Origin: an uncultured Candidatus Saccharibacteria bacterium
Lineage (GTDB): Bacteria; Patescibacteriota; WWE3; UBA101185; UBA10185
DNA: 64,000 bases
Direction: 5' to 3'
Assembly (NCBI GenBank): GCA_964490125.1
Contig: CAZBAJ010000005.1
Location: 4,631 to 68,630, forward strand
A program made the position numbers and the translations under genes. Below are positions 54,533-63,887 of the stretch, piece by piece; position 1 is the stretch's first letter; each line of letters begins with the position of its first letter. Under the pieces are notes generated by a model. The model did not search any database. It had not been told where the DNA came from and saw nothing but the letters and a program-made list of their open reading frames with translations.

Positions 54533-55852
54533 GTGAACATTTGTTTTTTACTCCACTTTTATCAGCCTTCAAACCAGTCGGAGAGTGTAATAAAAAAAAT
54601 TGCTCACGAGTGCTATCTTCCTCTAGTCAAACTACTAAAAAACGATAAAAGAATTAGGTTGACGGCAAATTTTCCATTGGCTCTACTTGCGCAACTAGAT
54701 GCTTACGGTTTTAGCGACTTAATTAAGGACATTAAAGATTTGGTTGATGCTCAAAGGTTAGAACTTGTTGGTAGTGGTGCGTATCACCCGTTGCTTACAA
54801 AAATCCCATTAAAGTTTGGGGAAAAACAGATTATGTTAAATGAACTTGCCCAGGGTTACTATTTTGGCGCGGACAAAGATTTTGAGGGCGAGGACTGCTA
54901 TATGATTAAAGATCTCAAGGGTTTTTTTCCACCGGAGATGGCAATAAATATTTCCGTTTTGGAGATGCTGGATTCGTTGGGCTACTTTTGGGTGGCTGTA
55001 GACGAAACTTGTCTGCCAAAGGATGTAATAAGCAGTCATATATGCGGGACAATGTATAAATTTAGCAATCTATCTATCAAATTGATAATACGCGATAGAG
55101 ACTTATCTAACCAAATTGCTTTTAAGCGTGATTTGGATATTGCGTCAATTACTGACAAAGTTTTGCAGGGAGATAGCGATAAATTACTGGCTTTTGATGC
55201 CGAAGCTCTTGGTCACCACTACCCGGATGGTATAGACATGTTTGAGGCTATTTTGTCGGGCATTTTTAAAAAGGGAATCCAGACTTCTACGGTATCACAA
55301 GCTTTTGACGGGACAAGTTGCAAAAACATCCCGCATATTCAGGAGTCAACATGGAGTTCTACCCAAAGTAGCATATACCCTTTATGGGAAAATAGAGAGA
55401 ACAAAGTAAATTCCGCATTGTGGGACTTGTTTAACAATGTTCACTTGGAGCTGGGGGGACAGGAGGGTGGATCAGGTGGTGACACGGCAGACAATATCGG
55501 ACAGTTTAACCATTTTGGCACCACTGGAAATCCGGGCGGTCTTGATTTTGATTTGATGGCAGGACCTGTTTGGAAAAAATCTTCTGCAGATTTAACTGGA
55601 AAAGATACCAGCGACAAGGATATTACATTGTTGGACATGTTAAGGCTTGAGCAAAGCGATCAGTTTTGGTGGTCTTCCGGAGTCGAACTTAACGGTAAAA
55701 CTAATTTTAGTACTACAATGGTAACTTCCGTTTTGGACTACTATCGTAAAGTTATTGATGGTTTTAAATTATCGCATAGTTTGCTAGACCGTGTTAGAGA
55801 GCTTGAAGAGTTACTACGGAATTATAAGGACAATAGTCATGCAGTGGTGTAA
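54533..55852 (+). CDS. glycoside hydrolase family 57 protein (alpha-glucan branching/amylase-like), copy 1
   Basis: N-terminal FLLHFYQPSNQ, a GH57 HQP-type motif. Start tentatively at GTG 54533. Overlaps the downstream paralog by 14 nt. Confidence 0.6.
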   Translation: MNICFLLHFYQPSNQSESVIKKIAHECYLPLVKLLKNDKRIRLTANFPLALLAQLDAYGFSDLIKDIKDLVDAQRLELVGSGAYHPLLTKIPLKFGEKQIMLNELAQGYYFGADKDFEGEDCYMIKDLKGFFPPEMAINISVLEMLDSLGYFWVAVDETCLPKDVISSHICGTMYKFSNLSIKLIIRDRDLSNQIAFKRDLDIASITDKVLQGDSDKLLAFDAEALGHHYPDGIDMFEAILSGIFKKGIQTSTVSQAFDGTSCKNIPHIQESTWSSTQSSIYPLWENRENKVNSALWDLFNNVHLELGGQEGGSGGDTADNIGQFNHFGTTGNPGGLDFDLMAGPVWKKSSADLTGKDTSDKDITLLDMLRLEQSDQFWWSSGVELNGKTNFSTTMVTSVLDYYRKVIDGFKLSHSLLDRVRELEELLRNYKDNSHAVV

Positions 55853-57332
55853 TTTTTTACATTTCTATCAGCCAGCTAATCAGCAAAGGGATATACTAGA
55901 AGCTGTAGTAAATCAATGCTATCGACCTTTGTTTACAGGTCTGCTGAAGAAAGATAGGGCAAAACTAACCGTTAATATTTCCGGTGCTCTCTTCGAACTG
56001 TTGGACAAATATAACTTTAAGGATGTTGTCGACGCTATTGTCAGCCTGCACGCTAGAGGGAATTTGGAGTTGACCTCTACGGCCTGTTATCATGCATTCC
56101 TACCTTTACTACCAAGAGAGGAAGTTGTAAGACAGATAGAACTCAATAATAAAGTATTAAAACGCTATTTAGGGAATGATTTTATGCCAAAAGGCTTTTT
56201 TCCACCCGAGATGGGTTGTAACTCAGCTTTAATGAATATTATAGATGACATGGGGTTTGAATACATTGTATTGGATGAAATAGCACACCCAAATTATGGG
56301 AAGGGAAATAGTTTAGGAAATAATCATTTTACATTTTCTAATACTAAATTACATATTTTATATCGACAAAGAGTACCTAGTAATATACTTATGAGTGGTA
56401 TAGAGCGCAACAGCAAATCTATTGGCGCGATATTGAACAATTATAGTAATCAAGAGTACTTAATAACTGCCATGGACGGAGAAACCTTTGGACACCATAG
56501 ACCAGGATTAGAGGTTCCGTTTTTAGAGTTATTCGATGACATAAATATACAATACGCTAAAATAGAAGATTTGTTGTTACAAAAATACACAAAGGCTCCC
56601 ACTTCTGTTGTAGATTCTACATGGGCAAGTAGTTTGGATGATATATCCAAGAGGATTCAATTTATCTCGTGGAAGGATCCTGATAATGTATTACATACTT
56701 GGCAGTGGGAATTGGTTGAAGTTTTGTTAAATGTTGTCAATAGTTTAGGTAAGGAAGAACCTAATTATGAAAAAATTCGGTCTGATAAAGATAAGGCTCT
56801 AGCGTCTGATCAATTTTTTTGGGCGTGCGCAAATCCTTGGTGGAGTGTGGAGATGATTGAGGGTGGGGCGTACGCATGTCTTACCGTTATTGAGAAAATT
56901 CCAAACATCTCTCCGTCAATATTAGAACACGCCAGAACTCTTTACAGAAACATCATTTCCACGGCTTTTGAATGGCAACGAAAAGGAAAAATTAGGGAAA
57001 TCAGTGCAAGTAGAAATATAGCCCAGAGAATTCCTTTTAAAGCCAGAACATTGGAGGTAGGTGGGGCAGAGGTTGCAGTTTATCAGGCTTTTATCGACAT
57101 GATGAAGGCACAGGAAGTCCAAGCAGCAAAAGCAGGCGAATACGAAAAAGCCATTTTATGGCGTGATGCAGTATACAAAATAGAGACAAAAAACGACATT
57201 TACGATGCAATTAACGCCATAGATCTATTGAGAATAGAAATTTCTAACGAACGCGTGGAGGACATGATATCCAAGTATAAGGAGGATTACTACAAAATTA
57301 GAGGCGGTCAGCCTGAACAGAGGAGTAACTAA
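55839..57332 (+). CDS. glycoside hydrolase family 57 protein, copy 2
   Basis: ATG at 55839 (MQWCNFLHFYQPANQ). Paralog of the upstream gene with a C-terminal helical domain. Confidence 0.65.
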   Translation: MQWCNFLHFYQPANQQRDILEAVVNQCYRPLFTGLLKKDRAKLTVNISGALFELLDKYNFKDVVDAIVSLHARGNLELTSTACYHAFLPLLPREEVVRQIELNNKVLKRYLGNDFMPKGFFPPEMGCNSALMNIIDDMGFEYIVLDEIAHPNYGKGNSLGNNHFTFSNTKLHILYRQRVPSNILMSGIERNSKSIGAILNNYSNQEYLITAMDGETFGHHRPGLEVPFLELFDDINIQYAKIEDLLLQKYTKAPTSVVDSTWASSLDDISKRIQFISWKDPDNVLHTWQWELVEVLLNVVNSLGKEEPNYEKIRSDKDKALASDQFFWACANPWWSVEMIEGGAYACLTVIEKIPNISPSILEHARTLYRNIISTAFEWQRKGKIREISASRNIAQRIPFKARTLEVGGAEVAVYQAFIDMMKAQEVQAAKAGEYEKAILWRDAVYKIETKNDIYDAINAIDLLRIEISNERVEDMISKYKEDYYKIRGGQPEQRSN

Positions 57333-57334
57333 TT

Positions 57335-58792
57335 ATGCTAAAAGTTTTATTGTGTGGGTCTGAGGTGGCACCTGTAATCAAGCTGGGCGGTTTGGGTGAT
57401 GTGTTAGGTTCCTTACCCAAGTCGTTGGAAAACATAGGCGTTGACGCCGATGTTGTGGCGCCGTTTTTTCCTTCTGCCAAAATTGAAGGACTTAAGCTTT
57501 ATAAGAGCAGGGATTTATTAGTTCCGTTTACTGGAGTAAATCAGCGGGTTGAGGTTTGGGCGACAAAATTACCTGCTTCCAATGTTGACCTCTACATGTT
57601 AAAGAATGACGATTTTTTTGGCGGTGTTGGAAAAAGCGCTTTCCTAGGAAATTTGTCGGAAACGCAGGCGTTTTCCTTTTTTAGCAGGTGTGTGGTTGAG
57701 TTGGTAAAAAGTAGATTTAATACTTACGATGTAGTCCACTGTAATGATTGGCACACGGGTCTTGTAACTCACCTATTGCAGGACGAATTAGGCATCTCCC
57801 GACCCGCTACTATTATGACAATTCATAATATATCTTACCAAGGGTTGGGCGATACATTTGTGGCGCATGAGGCTGGTCTTGATCCGGCGGTTCATAAAAC
57901 CATTAGTTGGGATATTTCCGACGGCGATTTAAATTTACTTATGCAGGGTATTATGACGACCGATTTTATCACTACTGTGTCTCCATCGTATGTGACGGAA
58001 TTACTAGCTATGGACGATGGCAGTCAGATACAAGATGTGCTAATAAGTAGACAAGACAGATTTATTGGGATATTAAACGGCTTAGATTACGCATCTTTTC
58101 CAAGAAGTATAAGCAAGGGAAATTGGCAATCGCAAAAACAGAGTGACAAAAACGAGTTATTAACAGAACTGGCTTTTGTGAAGAGCGATGACGAAAAGTA
58201 TGATAAAGAGTACAAAGAAGGACCAGTTTTTTCCATGGTTTCAAGATTAGACCCCAATCAAAAGGGTTTGGATATTCTTTTCGAGATCATTCCATACATA
58301 GTAGAAAACGGTGGAAGGTTCGTGTTACTGGGTTCTGGGGATAAAGCTTGGGAGGAAAAATTTAAACAACTGCAGACCGAATTAGGTCCACAAAAAGTGT
58401 CTATTAACACAACTTTTGACGCAGATTTAGCCATAAAAATTTACAAAGGGAGTGACTTTTTTCTTATCCCGTCAAAATTTGAACCTTGCGGACTTACTCA
58501 AATGATTGCCATGTGGTACGGAGCTGTTCCTGTAGCCCACGCCACGGGAGGTTTAAAAGACACTATAAAACACGGCAAGACTGGATTTCTGTTCACCGAC
58601 TACTCTGCGGAAGCCTTTAAAGCCTGTCTAACAAAATGTTTTAATATTTACAAAAGTCCGGCGCATTTTGCTATAGTAGAAGAGTGCTTAAGTCAGGATT
58701 TTAGTTTTGACAAAAGCGCGCAGTCTTACAAAGAACTTTACGAAAAAGCTGTGCAAATTAGAAAGGATGCGTATGGGCCTGTTTATCTTTGA
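57335..58792 (+). CDS. glycogen-synthase-like GT-B glycosyltransferase (second copy)
   Basis: MLKVLLCGSEVAPVIKLGGLGDVLGSLPKSL N-terminus. C-terminal FEPCGLTQMIAMWYG motif. Confidence 0.75.
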   Translation: MLKVLLCGSEVAPVIKLGGLGDVLGSLPKSLENIGVDADVVAPFFPSAKIEGLKLYKSRDLLVPFTGVNQRVEVWATKLPASNVDLYMLKNDDFFGGVGKSAFLGNLSETQAFSFFSRCVVELVKSRFNTYDVVHCNDWHTGLVTHLLQDELGISRPATIMTIHNISYQGLGDTFVAHEAGLDPAVHKTISWDISDGDLNLLMQGIMTTDFITTVSPSYVTELLAMDDGSQIQDVLISRQDRFIGILNGLDYASFPRSISKGNWQSQKQSDKNELLTELAFVKSDDEKYDKEYKEGPVFSMVSRLDPNQKGLDILFEIIPYIVENGGRFVLLGSGDKAWEEKFKQLQTELGPQKVSINTTFDADLAIKIYKGSDFFLIPSKFEPCGLTQMIAMWYGAVPVAHATGGLKDTIKHGKTGFLFTDYSAEAFKACLTKCFNIYKSPAHFAIVEECLSQDFSFDKSAQSYKELYEKAVQIRKDAYGPVYL

Positions 58793-59738
58793 CCCTCTAA
58801 CCGGTGAACCAACAATATTGGCGACCAATAGAGCAAAGCGACACGATCAGACGGGCGTTGTGAATGCTAACGCTGTAGGTATGGTAAAAGCCGACGATGG
58901 AAAAGTTGACAACCTACTTAAAGAAGAACAAGCGCCACCTTGTTTCTTTTGCAAAGGTAGCGAGTCTATTACACCGCCAACCTTGTATCAGGATGAGGAT
59001 GATTGGAATGTTAGGGTTTTTGCCAATAAATTTCCCTTGGTACCGGATCACGAGATTATTGTCCATTCGCCGGATCATCACAAAGACATGGAGGATTTTA
59101 ATCACGACCAAAATGTCAGAATAATTAGGGCCTATTTAAACAGAGTGTCGTATTATGGCACACAGGACAAAGAGGTTATCATCTTCAATAACAAAGGTGG
59201 GCGGGCGGGAGCTTCCATCGTCCACCCGCACTCTCAAATTATTGCCACTAAGGGTTTTCCGGGCATTATAGAAAAGGAAAAAGCAGAAGCTCTGCATTAT
59301 AGTAATGAGAAAAACTCCTGTTATTGGTGTGACGAGTGGCAGGAGGCGGTAGCGGGAAAAACTCGTGTTGTTCATGAGTCGTCACACTTTGTTGTATTTT
59401 GTCCTAAAGCTAGCAGGTGGAGCTACGAAATGGTTTTGGTGCCAAAAAACCACAAACCTAACTTTGGATTTATCGACGAGATGGAAATTAACGATTTAGC
59501 AAAAGTATTGCCGGGAGCTTTACTGGCCTACAAAAACTGCTTTAACAACCCGGACCGCAATTTTTGGATTCACACGGTTAGATACGAGCCTTATCATTGG
59601 CATATTGGCTTTTTGCCGCATATAAAGGTTTTTGGGGCATTGGAGATGGGCGCTGGAATTTGGGTAAGTGATAAAGCAACGCCGGAGGACGCAGGTCATG
59701 AACTAAAGGCGCATTTTCCGATAAACTTGTTTGCATAG
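58773..59738 (+). CDS. GalT-family (galactose-1-phosphate uridylyltransferase / ADP-glucose phosphorylase-like) HIT-superfamily protein
   Basis: ATG at 58773 overlapping the glgA2 stop by 20 nt. Cys/His zinc motif (FCKGSE...HSPDHH). Active-site HPHSQ. Confidence 0.6.
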   Translation: MGLFIFDPLTGEPTILATNRAKRHDQTGVVNANAVGMVKADDGKVDNLLKEEQAPPCFFCKGSESITPPTLYQDEDDWNVRVFANKFPLVPDHEIIVHSPDHHKDMEDFNHDQNVRIIRAYLNRVSYYGTQDKEVIIFNNKGGRAGASIVHPHSQIIATKGFPGIIEKEKAEALHYSNEKNSCYWCDEWQEAVAGKTRVVHESSHFVVFCPKASRWSYEMVLVPKNHKPNFGFIDEMEINDLAKVLPGALLAYKNCFNNPDRNFWIHTVRYEPYHWHIGFLPHIKVFGALEMGAGIWVSDKATPEDAGHELKAHFPINLFA

Positions 59739-59898
59739 GTCTACCTAGCCGTTTTTTTATCTAAAATAAAGGAAAAAGCGATGCCAAGGTTTTTTAGCTT
59801 GACAAGTCGCACTATTTTTGTAACAATGCACAAGTTGCCAAAGATAGCAAGTGTCCAGCACTTAATTTTCCTACAGGGAACAGCTTGCCGAGGTTACT

Positions 59899-60384
59899 AT
59901 GCCGAATACAATTAAAATACAAAAAGTTAAAGACATCTCCCAAAAAGTCCAAAAAGCTTCTTCTTTGACCTTTTTTGAGTATACAAAACTAGGTGCTAAC
60001 GCGCTAAACGACTTAAGAAACAAAGCTAAAGAGGTGGAGGCGGAAGTTTTAGTGGCAAAAAATACTTTGGTAAAAATTGCGCTGGGCGACAAAAAGTCGC
60101 AGGAGGGCGACCTTCAAGGTCAAACTGGATTGTTACTGGCTTTTGCCGACAGTTTAAGTCCCCTAAAAGTCCTATACGATTTTTCTAAAAAATTTGAGAG
60201 TCTAAAAATTAAGGGTGCTTTTGTGGACGGAAGTTACTACGAATCGACAAAAGTACTTGAATTAGGTCAATTGCCCACAAAGAACGACTTACTAGTTAGG
60301 GTTTTACGGGGATTTAATAACCCTGTAGCCAAATTTGTTTATGTATTGTCTGCTGTAGCTGACAAAAAGGGGGTGCAAGAGTAA
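59899..60384 (+). CDS. rplJ: 50S ribosomal protein L10
   Basis: MPNTIKIQKVKDISQKVQKASSLTFFEYTKLGANALNDLR matches the typical L10 N-terminus. TTGACA at 59799-59804 upstream. Confidence 0.9.
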   Translation: MPNTIKIQKVKDISQKVQKASSLTFFEYTKLGANALNDLRNKAKEVEAEVLVAKNTLVKIALGDKKSQEGDLQGQTGLLLAFADSLSPLKVLYDFSKKFESLKIKGAFVDGSYYESTKVLELGQLPTKNDLLVRVLRGFNNPVAKFVYVLSAVADKKGVQE

Positions 60385-60768
60385 ATGGAATTATCTGCAA
60401 ATGCACAAAAAGTCATGGAAATGGTTGAAAAAATGACTGTTCTGGAGTTAAACGACCTGGTCAAGGCTTTGGAAGAAAAATTTGGAGTTTCTGCTAGCGC
60501 CCCGGTTAGTGTTGGCGGTGCTGGTGCCGGAGCGTCTGCTCCAGCCGAGGAAAAAACCGAATTTGATGTAGTTCTTGCCGAAGCCGGAGGTAATAAAATA
60601 GCCGTTATTAAGGCGGTAAGGGAATTAAATCAAGCTTTAGGTTTGGTGGAGGCTAAAACATTGGTAGAAAGCGCACCAAAAGTGTTGCTTGAGGGCGCTA
60701 AAAAAGAAGCCGCGGAAGAAGCTAAAAAGAAACTAGAAGTTGCCGGGGCTAAGGTGGAGTTAAAGTAA
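60385..60768 (+). CDS. rplL: 50S ribosomal protein L7/L12
   Basis: N-terminal dimerisation helix. Ala/Gly hinge. C-terminal domain [43 protein letters not shown]. Confidence 0.9.
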   Translation: MELSANAQKVMEMVEKMTVLELNDLVKALEEKFGVSASAPVSVGGAGAGASAPAEEKTEFDVVLAEAGGNKIAVIKAVRELNQALGLVEAKTLVESAPKVLLEGAKKEAAEEAKKKLEVAGAKVELK

Positions 60769-60854
60769 GGTTGTTGCAGAAGTAGCTTAGAACCGAAGCA
60801 GAGACTTTTGCTACTTGATGCTAGAGTTGGGTTGTTTTTCGATTGACCGACCTA

Positions 60855-60880
60855 CCGCGAGTTAACACCTCGCGGTTTTT
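60855..60880 (+). terminator. Rho-independent terminator after rplL
   Basis: ccgcgag-ttaacac-ctcgcgg followed by ttttt. Confidence 0.75.
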
Positions 60881-61069
60881 GGTTCTATAGCGATCCTTTG
60901 GGGTGAGCATCTGGGACTAATATTTATACTTCCCGAGGGTTATTCTGTAGCGTATTGCAATTGAATTGCATTTGCAATCTATCTGCAATACACTGAAATT
61001 CGTTGGTATGGGGAATACATCAAGAGCCGTAGGCAAAATGGATAGGTAAAAAGAATAGAAATCTAGTTT

Positions 61070-61834
61070 ATGGAGATACTAAAAAGCATCGGAAATTATA
61101 AATATCGATATCTGAAGCTGGGAACCGGTCATAAAAAACTGTTGGTACTTTGGGGATTTGCCAGTTTTAAAGAAAACGCGACTAAGCTGGTCGACCAGAA
61201 TTTCTCCAATTACACCACACTTATACCCGAGTACCCTTATCACAATAATTTTGACGACTCGGGTATGGAGGACATTTCGATAGAGGCGCTTTCTGATTAT
61301 CTAAAGGATCTATTGCGACACGAGGATTTTACCGACTTTGATGTACTAGGCTTTTCTTTGGGAGGACTCATGGCGTTGGAAATTGCTAAAAACTGCAGGG
61401 GTTTTAGAATCGGTAAAGCCATAATTTGGGCATCACCGGTCCTTGGTTTGAAAGGTGTGACCGATTTACCGAGTCAACTGGCAAGTATTTATACAAGGTC
61501 GCCAAAAGATAGGCTCCAAGCCGTCCACATAAATAAACTGTTTCAAAAAGCTTTACTAACACGGGGGATAAAAGTATTTGATCCGGATCAGGTTAAAAAG
61601 TATTTGATCGCTTTTCAGTCGTACAGATTAGCTACTTTGGAAGAAAACCTAAATTATCTATTTATTTACGACCCTTTGGACGCATTGGTGTCGATAAAAA
61701 ATGCCCAGTACATAAAGAAATTAGCTGACCATGGTAATGTAGAGCTTGTAGAAATACGGGGCGGGGGACATTTTGGCACAAAAACCGGGTGGGCAAAAGC
61801 GTTAGCTAAAATAAAGGACTTTCTAGACAAGTAG
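61070..61834 (+). CDS. alpha/beta-hydrolase fold protein
   Basis: Nucleophile elbow GFSLGG. C-terminal His region (GGGHFG). Confidence 0.7.
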   Translation: MEILKSIGNYKYRYLKLGTGHKKLLVLWGFASFKENATKLVDQNFSNYTTLIPEYPYHNNFDDSGMEDISIEALSDYLKDLLRHEDFTDFDVLGFSLGGLMALEIAKNCRGFRIGKAIIWASPVLGLKGVTDLPSQLASIYTRSPKDRLQAVHINKLFQKALLTRGIKVFDPDQVKKYLIAFQSYRLATLEENLNYLFIYDPLDALVSIKNAQYIKKLADHGNVELVEIRGGGHFGTKTGWAKALAKIKDFLDK

Positions 61835-61904
61835 GATCAAGACCAGAGTTCACAAATCAAAGTTATCAGGTTAAACAGTCAAGTATACGAGTTGTTATTT
61901 AATA

Positions 61905-62025
61905 AATCCCGGGATGCCGACCGCCGAACCAGACTCCCGCGTAGGAAGATGTGATCTCGGATCCGCCAGAGGCGGATACTCCCGATCTCCTGAAAATATA
62001 ACGTCGAGAGAATACTTCAGGATCG
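61905..62025. ncRNA. GC-rich structured segment between convergent genes (candidate small RNA or bidirectional terminator)
   Basis: Local GC far above background. Hairpin gatctcggatccgcc-aga-ggcggatactcccgatc (61953-61987) is immediately followed by tcctgaa...ttcagga (61988-62022). The overlapping track ORFs are Arg-rich and implausible as proteins. Confidence 0.3.
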
Positions 62026-62132
62026 GTTTAAACGAGCACCCTAGGAAATTTTCAAAGCACATATATTTAACTGGTTTCCGTGTCAAAAGTCAAGCCCAAA
62101 AATGTCAACCAAAGATTAATAAAGCGTATTGG

Positions 62133-62783
62133 TTAAAGCTGTAGCAGGTTGACAAAAAAGCTGACGATGGGGGAGACGATTTTGGAAATACTGCCCGTGG
62201 CTACCATAAAAATTAAGATAAATATGCCGTAGGGGGCAAGTTGTACCCACTGCACGGAGAGTTGCGGTGGTAAAAGACCGTTGACGATTTTAAAGCCATC
62301 TAAAGGCTCTATTGGAAGCAAGTTAAAGATGCCCAAAACGATGTTATACAAAATGACTGGATACAAAAATGTGGTCAGAATAAGAATAGGGGACACCAAG
62401 CCAGAATTTGTATTTGCGCCAAAAATTGACTCAATAATCTTTACTACCATCGTCAGTAAAGTCGCCATTAAAAAATTGCTACCGGGACCGGCAAAGGAAA
62501 TTATGGCAGCGTCCCGTTTTGGATTTTTTAGGTTGTAATAATTTATGGGAACTGCTTTTCCCCAACCAAATCCCGCTATTAAAAGTGTAAGCGTGCCTAA
62601 TGGATCTAGGTGCGCTAAAGGATTTAAGCTTACCCGACCAAGATCTTTAGCTGTGGAGTCGCCCAGTTTGTTAGCCACAAAGGCATGGGAAAACTCATGA
62701 ATAGTAATAGAAAACAGCAAAGCCACGGCAATAACAGCAAAAAGTAGGGGATTTTCAAATAGCGTTCCCAAAAGTCCAGTCAT
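62133..62783 (-). CDS. site-2 protease family (M50) membrane metalloprotease
   Basis: HEFSHAFVANKLGD (HExxH in a TM helix) plus a downstream LDG motif. Confidence 0.75.
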   Translation of the reverse strand: MTGLLGTLFENPLLFAVIAVALLFSITIHEFSHAFVANKLGDSTAKDLGRVSLNPLAHLDPLGTLTLLIAGFGWGKAVPINYYNLKNPKRDAAIISFAGPGSNFLMATLLTMVVKIIESIFGANTNSGLVSPILILTTFLYPVILYNIVLGIFNLLPIEPLDGFKIVNGLLPPQLSVQWVQLAPYGIFILIFMVATGSISKIVSPIVSFFVNLLQL

Positions 62784-62821
62784 TTACACATTGTACACTA
62801 GATGGTAGAATTCAAAAACCT

Positions 62822-63016
62822 ATGAATGGCGTTATAAATTATTTGACGGCGGTGCGGGGAGAGTTTAAAAATGTAACTTGGCCTACCAGGCAGGAGGCGG
62901 TTCGCTTGACTCTTTTTGTGGTAGGTGGTAGTTTGCTAGTTGGACTTTTTGTTGGCGGGACTGACGCCGTCTTGCTAAAAGGTTTAGAGGCTTGGATAAA
63001 ACTATGGACGATTTAA
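62822..63016 (+). CDS. secE: preprotein translocase subunit SecE
   Basis: 64 aa. VRGEFKNVTWPTRQEAVRLTLFVVGGSLLVGLFVG matches the SecE signature and single TM. Lies upstream of nusG. Confidence 0.8.
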   Translation: MNGVINYLTAVRGEFKNVTWPTRQEAVRLTLFVVGGSLLVGLFVGGTDAVLLKGLEAWIKLWTI

Positions 63017-63762
63017 CAAAAGATACAACAACCGATGTAAAAGATGTTGCGGATACGGCTGTGATTACGGATGCGACTACGGTAGCGGAGGATGTAGAAA
63101 CGACTAAAGAGGTAGATGATGTAGAGGTTGAGGAGTCGGATACGGAAAAGAGTGCTGTTGATAAGCCGTCGGATGGAACATCGGAGCAGGTATCCGACAA
63201 GAATTTGAACATAGTTACAATATCCGACATGCCGTCCGAAGGAGCCAAGTGGTATGTTGTCCACACCTATTCTGGTCATGAAAATAAGGTGGCAGTAACT
63301 TTAAAACAGCGCGCGGTGTCTACGGGGTATTTGGATAGGGTTTTTAAAGTCCTTATTCCTACACAAAAAAAGATTATGGTGAGTGAGGGCAAAAAGCGGG
63401 AGGTGGACGAGCATATTTTGCCGGGTTATGTAGTGGTTCTTATGAAACTTTCTGACGAAGTATGGCATTTGGTAAGGTCGACTCGGGGGGTTACGGGGTT
63501 TGTGGGGATTGGTAGTACACCAACGCCTCTACCGGAGTCAGAAGTTAGAACTTTAATGAAGTTTATGCAGATGGAAGCGCCCAAGTTTGAGGCTAGGTAT
63601 TCGGTTGGGGATGCGGTTAAAATTGTGGACGGGCCCTGGAAAGACTTTATGGGTAAGGTGGATGAAGTTAACGAAGAGCAGGGGAGGGTTAAGGTTTTGG
63701 TTTCTGTTTTTGAACGGGAAACTCCTATGGAGTTGGAGTTTTCCCAAGTTACTGCTATCTAG
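62992..63762 (+). CDS. nusG: transcription antitermination factor NusG with acidic N-terminal extension
   Basis: NGN domain ([21 protein letters not shown]). KOW ([35 protein letters not shown]). About 75 aa of D/E/T-rich N-terminal extension. Confidence 0.85.
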   Translation: MDKTMDDLTKDTTTDVKDVADTAVITDATTVAEDVETTKEVDDVEVEESDTEKSAVDKPSDGTSEQVSDKNLNIVTISDMPSEGAKWYVVHTYSGHENKVAVTLKQRAVSTGYLDRVFKVLIPTQKKIMVSEGKKREVDEHILPGYVVVLMKLSDEVWHLVRSTRGVTGFVGIGSTPTPLPESEVRTLMKFMQMEAPKFEARYSVGDAVKIVDGPWKDFMGKVDEVNEEQGRVKVLVSVFERETPMELEFSQVTAI

Positions 63763-63768
63763 TTGCTT

Positions 63769-63844
63769 GGTTTTCATGCCCTTTTCGTCGCGGGTCCCGG
63801 TCCGCCTGTGGCGGACGCCCGACTCCTCAAATGGCAAGAAAACC
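63769..63844 (+). repeat. GC-rich structured palindromic element, copy B (in the rplK leader)
   Basis: About 90% identical to 18503-18579. Differences fall in loops or are compensatory in the outer stem (ggttttcatgcc/ggcaagaaaacc here, ccttcatgc/gcatgaagg in copy A). Confidence 0.55.
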
Positions 63845-63887
63845 TCGCACATTGCCAGTAGATCTAGGTTACTTTGAAAGGAAAAAA

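Noticed and set aside
59799-59827. Full promoter for rplJ (TTGACA at 59799-59804 plus TAACAA)
   Set aside because: The -35 is perfect but the -10 candidate matches only 3/6 positions. Mentioned as evidence only, not listed as a feature.
61895-62144. Two overlapping small ORFs on opposite strands in the hydrolase/M50 intergenic region
   Set aside because: Both lie entirely in the GC-rich hairpin-rich segment. Arg/Pro-rich composition atypical for this genome. More likely structured RNA or a terminator.
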